Origin: Sinorhizobium meliloti
Lineage (GTDB): Bacteria; Pseudomonadota; Alphaproteobacteria; Rhizobiales; Rhizobiaceae
Length of the DNA stretch: 32,000 nucleotides
NCBI RefSeq assembly: GCF_017876815.1
Contig: NZ_JAGIOS010000001.1
Coordinates: 3,780,001-3,812,000, forward strand
Reading direction: 5' to 3'
Both the position numbers and the translations under genes were made by a program. The notes beneath the pieces are model-generated. The model did no database searches. It had not been told where the DNA came from and was given only the letters and a program-made list of their open reading frames with translations. Below, piece by piece: positions 1 through 10,939 of the stretch. Every line of letters begins with the position of its first letter. Within the stretch, counting starts at the first letter, position 1.

Positions 1-1
1 G

Positions 2-1075
2 AAAGTGTCCACAGGAAAGGCCGGGCACGCAACGCCGACGGGCATTTTCTCGATCCTGGAGAAGCGCCGACGTCACGAGTCGAACATCTATTCGAATGCG
101 CCGATGCCGTTCATGCAGCGGCTTACCTGGTCCGGCATTGCGCTGCACGGCTCAAACCATGTACCGGATTATCCGGCTTCGCACGGTTGCGTGCGGCTGC
201 CGGGCAAATTCGCGGCGAGCCTGTTCAAGATGACGGGCTACGGCATGCATGTGGTCATATCGGATCGGCAGATCGCCCCGGTCGAGGTCGCGAGCGAAAT
301 GCTGTTCCAGCCAAGCGAGTCGCGACCGAAGGGACCTGCCCTGTCGGACGTCCCCCTGCGGCCGGCGATCGGGGAGTTCAACCAGAGCGCAGTTGAAGTC
401 GCCATGACCGACAAACGCCCCTCGCCCGTCGCATCCGACGAGGAGAAGGTCCCGATACGCATTCTGATTACCCGGCGCGGTACGCAAGAGAGCGTGCGCG
501 ACCTCCAGACGCTCCTTAATACGCTCGGCTACGATGCGGGCCTGCCGGATGGCTTCAGCGGTCCGGCGACGGCCGCCGCTATCGAAGCGTTCCAGAGGGC
601 CGAAGGGCTGCCCGTCGAAGGCAAGATAACGCCGGAGTTGATCGAAGCCGTCTTCCGCAAGGCGGGCCACAGCGCACCGCTGAATGGCGTATTGCGGGTG
701 CGCCGGCAATTCCAGCCGGTTTTCGAGGCCGAGGTCGCCATCGCAGAACCGGAAATGGCCCTCGGAACACATTTACTGCAGTTCCAGGATCTCGACACGA
801 ACACCGGACAGGGCAAGTGGTTCGGCATGTCGCTCGAGAACAGGCTGCCGAAAACGACCAAGAAGCGACTTGGCATCACAGCGGAAGGCGAGCCAGACCG
901 GCCCGGCGCACTGGAGCGAACGTTGAGCCGCATCACCGTACCCAAAGACGCTCGCGAACGCCTCGCCGGCCTCCTTGCAAACGGCTCGTCACTCTCGATC
1001 ACCGATACCGAATCGGGGCTGGAGACCGGCGAGGGAACGGATTTCATCACCGTGACGAGGGAGCGGCGCGGGTGA
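2..1075 (+). CDS. L,D-transpeptidase (YkuD catalytic domain plus peptidoglycan-binding domain), 5'-truncated at window edge
   Basis: The frame is open from the window edge. HGSNHVPDYPASHGCVRLP matches the YkuD active-site motif (His...SHGC-x-R). LQTLLNTLGYDAGLPDGFSGPATAAAIEAFQRAEGLPVEG resembles a PG_binding_1 domain. The GTG at nt 5 in the ORF track is probably internal, not the true start. Confidence 0.85.
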   Translation, partial: KVSTGKAGHATPTGIFSILEKRRRHESNIYSNAPMPFMQRLTWSGIALHGSNHVPDYPASHGCVRLPGKFAASLFKMTGYGMHVVISDRQIAPVEVASEMLFQPSESRPKGPALSDVPLRPAIGEFNQSAVEVAMTDKRPSPVASDEEKVPIRILITRRGTQESVRDLQTLLNTLGYDAGLPDGFSGPATAAAIEAFQRAEGLPVEGKITPELIEAVFRKAGHSAPLNGVLRVRRQFQPVFEAEVAIAEPEMALGTHLLQFQDLDTNTGQGKWFGMSLENRLPKTTKKRLGITAEGEPDRPGALERTLSRITVPKDARERLAGLLANGSSLSITDTESGLETGEGTDFITVTRERRG

Positions 1076-1105
1076 GGAATGGGGTGATTTCCGCACCCTG
1101 GTTTG

Positions 1106-1153
1106 CCCCTCATCCCCCTGCCGGGACCTTCTCCCCGCAAGCGGGGCGAAGGG
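1106..1153. repeat. Half copy of the A-type palindromic intergenic repeat (cccctcatcc...ccttctccccgcaagcggggcgaaggg)
   Basis: Closely matches the left arm of the 160-bp palindromic cores at 30749-30909 and 31016-31176. Contains the hairpin ccccgc-aa-gcgggg. Bracketed by a 7-bp direct repeat GTGATTT (1084-1090 and 1183-1189). Confidence 0.55.
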
Positions 1154-1232
1154 ACAAGCGGCAAGCGCCCGCTTTCGACGGAGTGATTTAAGGGCTGTTG
1201 AGATTCGGGATACCCGCCGCGGCTTATTTGAT

Positions 1233-1346
1233 CTCCTCATTCCTGTGCTCGTCACAGGAATCCAGCCAGCCCAAGTCCTTGGGCTGGAAGAACTCTTCCC
1301 CGCGCCGCAGACGCGACGCTGCTGCATCTCTGTGACAAGCACAGAG
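1233..1346. repeat. B-type MITE/RIME-like element, copy 1 (~114 bp, hairpin at each end)
   Basis: ctcctcattcctgtgctcgtcacaggaatccagccagcccaagtccttgggc...ccgcagacgcgacgctgctgcatctctgtgacaagcacagag is homologous along its length to 30411-30527. The terminal hairpins are cctgtg-N-cacagg. It sits between the convergent L,D-transpeptidase and dnaE stops. Confidence 0.65.
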
Positions 1347-1354
1347 AACAGACC

Positions 1355-4864
<3,510 letters not shown>

Positions 4865-5013
4865 CGCCGCACTCCGATTCTTGTCCGGCGTCGAGGATAT
4901 CCTGTTTCCCGTCCCAACTGTCCAGTCTCAAGGACGGGCCGCCGGGGTTTTTGCCCGGCTGTGGTGTTTACTGCGTGTTCGACAGGACGCGGAGCACGCT
5001 GGATAAATCCCGG

Positions 5014-5100
5014 TCACAGGCCGAGAGCGATTACCGAGATGCTCACGATGAAAAGGCTCATCGAGGCGAAGGCAGCAAGATCACGTACGAAATCAGCCAT
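5014..5100 (-). CDS. Candidate 28-aa hydrophobic small protein (MADFVRDLAAFASMSLFIVSISVIALGL)
   Basis: Not in the ORF track because it is too short; read manually. ATG at 5100-5098, TGA at 5016-5014. Strong SD AAAGGAGA lies 6 nt upstream of the ATG. CTTGAC (-35-like, 5158-5153) lies further upstream. The predicted peptide is a single TM-like segment. No homology evidence is available to me. Confidence 0.3.
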   Translation of the reverse strand: MADFVRDLAAFASMSLFIVSISVIALGL

Positions 5101-5332
5101 AACTTGTCTCCTTTCCGCTACTGTTCCCTTTTTGTTCTATTTCCGTTCGATAGTCAAGGAAGTCTGCATGGAAGACCCGCTATTCAGTGGCTATGGTTAA
5201 TGTGCACCGACGGCCCCCATTCGCGCATGCGTTCCGAGGAGCGACACGCCTCGAACGGAACATGCAAGGAGCGCCAAGCGGTGACCGCGCCTCGAGCGAG
5301 ATCGGGGCTGAATACGCGCGGCGGCGGCCGGA

Positions 5333-6019
5333 CTATTTCAGTTCGACCACCTTGCCGTCCTCGATCGTCACGCGGCGATCCATGAGCGAAGCGAGTTCGT
5401 GATTGTGGGTGGCGATCAGCGCCGCGAGCCCGGACTGGCGCGCCAGGGCTTCCAGCGCCTCGAATACATAGCCGGCCGTCTCGGGGTCGAGGTTGCCGGT
5501 CGGCTCGTCCGCCAAAAGGATGAGCGGCGCATTGGCGACCGCCCTGGCGATGGCGACGCGCTGCTGCTCGCCGCCGGAAAGCTCGGTCGGGCGGTGGCTG
5601 CCGCGATGGCCGATGCGCATATAGTCCAGAAGGGCCGATGCCCGCTCCGCCGCCTCGGCCTTGGGCAATCCGGCGATCAGTTGCGGCATCATGATGTTCT
5701 CCAGCGCCGAGAATTCCGGCAGGAGATGGTGGAACTGATAGACGAAGCCGATCTCGTTGCGGCGGATTGCCGTTCGCCGGTCGTCGCTGAGTCCGTTGCA
5801 TGAGGTGCCGTTCACGAGCACCTCGCCCTCATCCGGGTGTTCGAGCAGCCCGGCGATATGAAGCAATGTCGACTTTCCGGTACCGGACGGTGCCACGAGG
5901 GCGACTGTCTCGCCGCTTCGCAACGTCAGGTCGGCTCCCTTGAGGATCGGCAGAAACGTGTCGCCCTCGCCATAATGCCGCTCGATGCCGGAGAGCTGCA
6001 GTGCCACGCGCGCATTCAT
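5333..6019 (-). CDS. lolD: Lipoprotein-releasing system ATP-binding protein LolD
   Basis: 228 aa. Walker A ([11 protein letters not shown]), ABC signature ([14 protein letters not shown]), Walker B ([12 protein letters not shown]). Starts 17 nt after the stop of the LolC/E-type permease. Confidence 0.92.
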   Translation of the reverse strand: MNARVALQLSGIERHYGEGDTFLPILKGADLTLRSGETVALVAPSGTGKSTLLHIAGLLEHPDEGEVLVNGTSCNGLSDDRRTAIRRNEIGFVYQFHHLLPEFSALENIMMPQLIAGLPKAEAAERASALLDYMRIGHRGSHRPTELSGGEQQRVAIARAVANAPLILLADEPTGNLDPETAGYVFEALEALARQSGLAALIATHNHELASLMDRRVTIEDGKVVELK

Positions 6020-6036
6020 TTAAGCTGTTGTCCTTG

Positions 6037-7350
6037 TTATTCGTACCGCAGGGCCTGCACCGGATCGAGGCGCGAGGCGCGCCAGGCCGGGAAGATCGTG
6101 GCAAGGAAGGAAAGCGCAAGCGCCATGACGACGACGGTGACGGTCTCGTCGGCATTCATGTCGGCCGGAAGCTGGCTGAGGAAATAGAGCTCCGGATCGA
6201 AGAGCGTGGCGCCGGACACCCAGGAGAAGAACTGGCGGATCGACTCGATGTTGAGGCAGACGACCACCCCGAGGGCGACGCCGGCGATGGTTCCCGTAAC
6301 CCCGATTGCGGCGCCGGTCATGAAGAAGATGCGCATCACCGAACCGGAGGTCGCGCCCATCGTCCTGAGGATCGCGATATCGCTGCCCTTGTCCTTCACC
6401 AGCATGATCAGACCGGAGATGATGTTCAGCGCTGCGACCAGCACGATCAGCGTCAGGATCATGAACATCACGTTCCGTTCCACCTCGAGCGCGGAAAAGA
6501 ACGTCCTGTTGCGTTCGCGCCAGTCGGTAATGAATATCTGCCGGCCGGCGGCGTCCTCCACCGGCTTGCGAAGCTCGTCGACCGCGTCCGGATGCTCGGC
6601 GAATATCTCGATCGACTGAACGAGGCCTTCGGCGTTGAAATAGAGCTGCGCTTCCTCGAGCGGCATGAAGATGATGGTCGCGTCGTATTCCGACATGCCC
6701 ATCTCGAAGATGGCCGAGACGGTATAGGCCTTGACCCTCGGATTCATGCCCATCGGCGTGACGTCGCCGTTCGGCGAGGTGAGCGTGATCGTCCCGCCCA
6801 CCCGGATGCCCAGCTGCTCGGCCATGCGCGAGCCGATGGCGACGCCGCTGCCCGACGCGAAGCCGACGAGGTCGCCGGACTGAATATGCTCGGAGATCGA
6901 CTTCAGCTTGGTGAGGTCGTCGGCGCGTATCCCGCGAACGAGCGCACCCGTCGACGCATCGCCCAGGCCTTGCGCGAGAACCTGGCCCTCGACGATCGGA
7001 ATGGCCATGGTCACGCCCGGAACGGCGGAGAATCTGGTGGCTAGATCGGCGTAATTGGTGAGCGGGCCGTCCAGGGGCTGGACGATCATATGGCCGTTCA
7101 TGCCGAGAATGCGCGAAATGAGCTCGGTTCGGAAGCCGTTCATCACCGCCATGACGATGATCAGCGTTCCCACCCCGAGCATGATCCCTATGAAGGAGAA
7201 GCCGGCGATGACCGAGATGAACGCTTCCTTCCGCCGCGAACGCAGGTAGCGCCAGGCGACCATACGCTCGAAGGCGGAGAAGGGACGGCTGGAAGATATG
7301 CTGGATGGAGCGGCAGCTTGCACTTGCTCATCCGTCGCCGCGGTCATCAT
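6037..7350 (-). CDS. lolE: Lipoprotein-releasing system transmembrane permease (LolC/LolE family; the only copy in this cluster)
   Basis: 437 aa. MacB/FtsX-type topology with a large periplasmic loop between TM1 and TM2. N-terminus FERMVAWRYLRSRRKEAF is typical of LolC/E. Lies between proS and lolD with 17-nt gaps on both sides. Confidence 0.9.
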   Translation of the reverse strand: MMTAATDEQVQAAAPSSISSSRPFSAFERMVAWRYLRSRRKEAFISVIAGFSFIGIMLGVGTLIIVMAVMNGFRTELISRILGMNGHMIVQPLDGPLTNYADLATRFSAVPGVTMAIPIVEGQVLAQGLGDASTGALVRGIRADDLTKLKSISEHIQSGDLVGFASGSGVAIGSRMAEQLGIRVGGTITLTSPNGDVTPMGMNPRVKAYTVSAIFEMGMSEYDATIIFMPLEEAQLYFNAEGLVQSIEIFAEHPDAVDELRKPVEDAAGRQIFITDWRERNRTFFSALEVERNVMFMILTLIVLVAALNIISGLIMLVKDKGSDIAILRTMGATSGSVMRIFFMTGAAIGVTGTIAGVALGVVVCLNIESIRQFFSWVSGATLFDPELYFLSQLPADMNADETVTVVVMALALSFLATIFPAWRASRLDPVQALRYE

Positions 7351-7367
7351 CGATCCCTTCGTCTCTG

Positions 7368-8696
7368 TTATCTCGCCGCGACCAGTTTGTTGATCGCCGC
7401 TTCGACGGTCATCGTCTCCCGCGCGCCGGTCTTGCGGTCCTTCACTTCGACTTCGCCGTTCGCGATCGAACGCGGTCCGACGATCACCTGCACCGGCACG
7501 CCGATGAGGTCGGCGGTCGCGAACTTCCCGCCGGCGCGCTCGTCGGTGTCGTCAAGAAGAACATCGAATCCAGCCTTGCCGAGATCGGAGTAGACCTTGC
7601 CGCAAGCCGCATCGCAAGCTTCATCGCCCGTTTTCATGTTGATGACGACGACGTCGAACGGGGCGATGCCCTTCGGCCAGATGATGCCGTTGTCGTCATG
7701 CGAAGCTTCGATGATCGCCGGCACCAGGCGGGTCGGACCGATGCCGTAGGAGCCCATATGCACGGTGTGTTCCTTGCCGTCCGGCCCAAGCACCTTCGCA
7801 CCCATCGCCTCGGAATATTTGGTGCCGAAATAGAAGATGTGACCCACCTCGATGCCGCGCGCGGACAGGCGCTCGCCTTCGGCGATGGCGCCGAAGGCGG
7901 CCTCATCATGCATTTCCGAGGTCGCCGCATAACGCGACGTCCATTTGTCGAAGATCGTCTTCAGGCCGGCGACGTCGTCGAAATTCGTATCCTCGCCCGG
8001 AATGTCGAAGCCGAGGAAGTCCTTGTGGCAGAACACCTCGGACTCGCCGGTGTCGGCAAGGATGATGAACTCGTGGCTCAGGTTTCCGCCAATGGGACCC
8101 GTGTCGGCACGCATCGGTATGGCGCGCAGGCCCATCCGGTCGAAGGTGCGCAGATAGGCGGCGAACATCTTGTTATAGGCGTGCTCCGCCCCTGCCCGGT
8201 CGAGATCGAACGAATAGGCGTCCTTCATCAGAAACTCGCGCGAGCGCATGGTGCCGAAGCGCGGGCGGATCTCGTCGCGGAACTTCAGCTGGATATGATA
8301 GAGGTTCAGCGGCAGATTGCGGTAGGACTTGACGTAGGAGCGGAAGATGTCGGTGATCATCTCCTCGTTCGTCGGCCCGTAGAGCATCGGCCGGTCCTGC
8401 CGGTCCTTGATGCGCAGCATCTCCTTGCCATAGGCGTCATAGCGCCCGCTCTCCTGCCAGAGCTCCGCCGACTGCAGCGTCGGCATCAGCAGTTCGATGG
8501 CGCCGGAACGGTTCTGCTCCTCGCGAATGATCGCATTGACCTTGTCCAGCACGCGCTTGCCGAGCGGCAGCCATGTGTAGATGCCGGCGGACTGCTGGCG
8601 GACCATGCCCGTCCTCAGCATCAGTCGATGGGAAACGATTTCCGCTTCCTTCGGATTTTCCTTCAAGATGGGCATGAAAAAGCGGGACAGGCGCAT
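7368..8696 (-). CDS. proS: Proline--tRNA ligase (short alpha-proteobacterial form without the large INS editing insertion)
   Basis: 442 aa. N-terminus [34 protein letters not shown] is typical of bacterial ProRS. Class II catalytic core and C-terminal anticodon-binding domain are present. Confidence 0.95.
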   Translation of the reverse strand: MRLSRFFMPILKENPKEAEIVSHRLMLRTGMVRQQSAGIYTWLPLGKRVLDKVNAIIREEQNRSGAIELLMPTLQSAELWQESGRYDAYGKEMLRIKDRQDRPMLYGPTNEEMITDIFRSYVKSYRNLPLNLYHIQLKFRDEIRPRFGTMRSREFLMKDAYSFDLDRAGAEHAYNKMFAAYLRTFDRMGLRAIPMRADTGPIGGNLSHEFIILADTGESEVFCHKDFLGFDIPGEDTNFDDVAGLKTIFDKWTSRYAATSEMHDEAAFGAIAEGERLSARGIEVGHIFYFGTKYSEAMGAKVLGPDGKEHTVHMGSYGIGPTRLVPAIIEASHDDNGIIWPKGIAPFDVVVINMKTGDEACDAACGKVYSDLGKAGFDVLLDDTDERAGGKFATADLIGVPVQVIVGPRSIANGEVEVKDRKTGARETMTVEAAINKLVAAR

Positions 8697-9085
8697 GACA
8701 GGTTCCAGAACTGGTGAATTCGCACTATCGACGGATTCAGGCGAAATGACGTTGTGCTTCGGCCGCCCCTTCGCCTGAGATCAGGGTAGGCAGCTGTTGC
8801 CATTCTAACAGGGCTCTTGATTTTCCCGGCGACGCATCGACGGGAACCTTTCGAGTTCAGCGTTCATAGCCGCTTCGCGCACGGAAGGGAACCCTGCCGT
8901 AGGGGTGGCGGGACGCTGCATCGACACATATCCCGGATGAGAAACACCAGGCCCGGCCTGCGGCAAAAGAGCACGCTAGTAACAGGACGAAGACAGTTGG
9001 TGTCAACGGAAAAATTTTGCCCGACTGTAGCAAAAATGCAAAAAAAGCAGATGACAGCGCCCAAGGTTTGAGCTAATTTCGGCTC

Positions 9086-9236
9086 ACAAAACAGGCAGGA
9101 AGACCAAATTCTTGCCGAAATTCGCGGTCAAGTCTTGGGAGGATAAGATCTTAGGCGCGCTTGTTCGCTGCCGCCGGAAACGGATTAAAGATCACGCGAC
9201 ACTTAAAAACAAGGCTTCGGCCTTGTTTTTTTTTGG
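9086..9236 (+). ncRNA. Candidate trans-encoded sRNA (~150 nt) in the proS / vapB intergenic region
   Basis: A strong intrinsic terminator at 9205-9242 has no plausible ORF to terminate. A promoter-like ATGACA (9051-9056)-N17-TAATTT (9074-9079) is preceded by an A-tract (9031-9047). An 8-bp 5' hairpin pairs 9094-9101 with 9109-9116. The 5' end is inferred, not observed. Confidence 0.4.
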
Positions 9237-9242
9237 TTTTTT
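9205..9242 (+). terminator. Rho-independent terminator (possibly bidirectional)
   Basis: aaaaacaaggc-TTCG-gccttgttttt forms an 11-bp stem (9205-9215 / 9220-9230) with a UUCG tetraloop. It is followed by T9-GG-T6. The A-run 5' of the stem gives a shorter U-tract on the opposite strand. Confidence 0.75.
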
Positions 9243-9406
9243 CAACTCACACATTACGGCGAAGCAGTTCAACAGTGTCTTTTTGTTGACTGTCAAGGGC
9301 TTCACCCGGCCGATGGCCTGGGATGCTTCGACGGAATGAGGCGATCTCTTCCCTTCCGGCGCCCACTAGCATACGATATACATAGTGCATATCATTGGAG
9401 GACACG

Positions 9407-9622
9407 ATGCGAGCCTTGATCGATATGAACGATACCCAGGTCGAAGCCCTAGATACCCTCGCCAAGCGGGTGCGCCGGTCCCGTGCGGCTCTGATCCGCG
9501 AAGCGATCGACGACTATCTCAACCGTCATCATCGCGAGCAGATCGAAGATGGCTTCGGTTTGTGGGGCAAGCGCAAAGTTGACGGTCTGGCTTATCAGGA
9601 GAAGGTGCGCGGCGAATGGTAG
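9407..9622 (+). CDS. vapB: Type II antitoxin, ribbon-helix-helix (CopG/VapB-like)
   Basis: 71 aa from ATG 9407, with SD GGAGGA at 9397-9402; the ORF track lists an upstream TTG at 9395. ALIDMNDTQVEALDTLAKRVRRSRAALIREAIDDYL has the RHH pattern. The stop overlaps the PIN-gene start (ATGGTAG, 9616-9622). Confidence 0.8.
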   Translation: MRALIDMNDTQVEALDTLAKRVRRSRAALIREAIDDYLNRHHREQIEDGFGLWGKRKVDGLAYQEKVRGEW

Positions 9623-9981
9623 GCGCACTGTTCGATACCAATATCCTTATCGATCATCTGAATGCGGTGCCTCAGGCGCACAAGGAACTTGACCGTTTCG
9701 AAAACCGGGCCATCAGCATCATCACCTGGATGGAGGTGATGGTTGGAGCGGACGCCGAACTGGTTGAGCCGACCCGGCGCTTCCTCGACGGTTTCGAAAC
9801 GATCGCCTTGAACGATGAGATCGCCAACCGTGCGGTGACATTGCGCAGGGCGCACCGCATCAAGCTACCCGACGCGGTGATCTGGGCAACGGCGCAGACT
9901 GCCGGTCGTCTGCTCGTGACGCGCAATACCAAGGACTTTCCAGCCGACGACCCGGGGATACGCGAACCCTACGCCGTGTAG
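9616..9981 (+). CDS. vapC: Type II toxin, PIN-domain ribonuclease VapC
   Basis: 121 aa. LFDTNILID (first acidic residue), TWMEV, LPDAVIWATA and TRNTKDF give the conserved D-E-D-D PIN signature. There is a 7-nt overlap with the upstream antitoxin. Confidence 0.88.
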   Translation: MVGALFDTNILIDHLNAVPQAHKELDRFENRAISIITWMEVMVGADAELVEPTRRFLDGFETIALNDEIANRAVTLRRAHRIKLPDAVIWATAQTAGRLLVTRNTKDFPADDPGIREPYAV

Positions 9982-10067
9982 CCGATCACATCGCGAGCTT
10001 CGTCACCTAAACTTAGTGATCAACCATCCCAAAGAGCACACCATTCGTGATTGCGGCCCGCAATCGC

Positions 10068-10337
10068 TCAGTAGAATTTCGGCGCGAAGCGGGGAATGGC
10101 GTCGATGTCGTAGCCGAGCTTCACGGAAAGGACGTACCAGCCGAGATGGATGACCGCGGCGATCACCGTCGTGAGCAGCACGACCCTCAAGGCGCGGAAG
10201 CGTGCAGGAGCACTCTCGACGGTTCCGGGGACGACGTCGTTCTCCTCGGCCTGCGTGCGCACCCCCAGCGGCAGCACGACGAAGAGCGTGATCCACCAGA
10301 TGATGAAATAGATTGCGAAGGTCGAAAAGAAGGACAT
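10068..10337 (-). CDS. DUF1467 family small membrane protein
   Basis: 89 aa from ATG 10337. MSFFSTFAIYFIIWWITLFVVLPLGVRTQAEE...GTVESAPA matches my recollection of the DUF1467 pattern (AIYFIIWW..LF.VLP.G.R.Q). The 128-aa ORF-track version has a non-conserved-looking N-terminal extension. Confidence 0.75.
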   Translation of the reverse strand: MSFFSTFAIYFIIWWITLFVVLPLGVRTQAEENDVVPGTVESAPARFRALRVVLLTTVIAAVIHLGWYVLSVKLGYDIDAIPRFAPKFY

Positions 10338-10476
10338 CGAAAATCTCTGGAGCACTTCCACGAAAAACGTGTAGCGGATTTCCGTGCGGAAGTGCGTAGC
10401 TTCAGGAGTTGGAGCGTTCGCCTGCCTTATAACGCCGAGCGGCCAATGCGGCAAACCTCTTCCCCGCGCCCGACTG

Positions 10477-10881
10477 TCACACCTCTTCGAGCTCGATCAA
10501 GGTGCCCTGAAAGTCCTTGGGGTGAAGAAACAGGACCGGCTTGCCATGCGCGCCGATCTTCGGATTGCCATCGCCGAGGATACGGGCGCCGGCCTGCCTC
10601 AGCCGGTCGCGCGCGGCGATGATGTCTTCCACCTCATAGCAGATATGGTGCATGCCGCCGGCCGGGTTTTTCTCGAGGAAGGCGGAGATCGGCGATCCCT
10701 CGCCGAGCGGCTCGAGCAATTCGACCTTGGTGTTGGGCAGCATCACGAAGACGACGGTCACGCCGTGTTCAGGCAGGGCCTGCGGTTCCGTAACCGATGC
10801 ACCGAGGGTGGAGCGATAGCTTTCGACTGCGGCCGAAAGGTCCGGGACCGCAATCGCCACATGATTCACTTTTCCCAGCAT
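10477..10881 (-). CDS. mce: Methylmalonyl-CoA epimerase (VOC/glyoxalase superfamily)
   Basis: 134 aa from ATG 10881, with GGAG 6 nt upstream; the ORF-track GTG at 10893 lacks usable SD spacing. VNHVAIAVPDL...ELLEPLGE.SPI..FL.KN..GGMHHICYEV.DI...GAHGKPVLFLHPKD is typical of the family. Confidence 0.85.
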   Translation of the reverse strand: MLGKVNHVAIAVPDLSAAVESYRSTLGASVTEPQALPEHGVTVVFVMLPNTKVELLEPLGEGSPISAFLEKNPAGGMHHICYEVEDIIAARDRLRQAGARILGDGNPKIGAHGKPVLFLHPKDFQGTLIELEEV

Positions 10882-10939
10882 CGAACACTCCACTCCTTGC
10901 CCTGCAGCTGACGCCCACGGCGGGCGTCGCGCACGGAAG

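Noticed and set aside
817-1342. ORFs 817-1191 (+), 989-1342 (-) and 529-1164 (-) around the first repeat cluster
   Set aside because: They overlap the L,D-transpeptidase out of frame and/or read through the palindromic repeats. The PSPRLRGEG-type translations are the well-known spurious products of these repeats.
4951-5385. 144-aa plus-strand ORF between dnaE and lolD
   Set aside because: No SD and a low-complexity Arg/Ser-rich translation. It overlaps the lolD 3' end and the better-supported 28-aa minus-strand candidate.
7305-8717. 470-aa plus-strand ORF antisense to proS
   Set aside because: Same reasoning: a mirror-frame artefact opposite a well-supported class II aaRS gene.
8697-9050. 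Riboswitch, T-box or attenuator leader for proS
   Set aside because: I looked on the minus strand. There is an extended -10-like TGtTAGAAT (8810-8802) and a TTGACA further upstream, but no recognisable T-box, riboswitch core or terminator/antiterminator pair. This is too speculative to call.
9112-9339. 75-aa plus-strand ORF in the proS-vapB intergenic region
   Set aside because: It uses a non-ATG start without an SD, runs straight through the intrinsic terminator hairpin and T-tract (giving FFFGFF), and has no domain features.
10049-10065. Hairpin gattgcg-gcc-cgcaatc between the convergent vapC and DUF1467 genes as a bidirectional terminator
   Set aside because: The stem is only 7 bp with a 3-nt loop, and there is no U-tract on either strand. 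This is insufficient to call a terminator.
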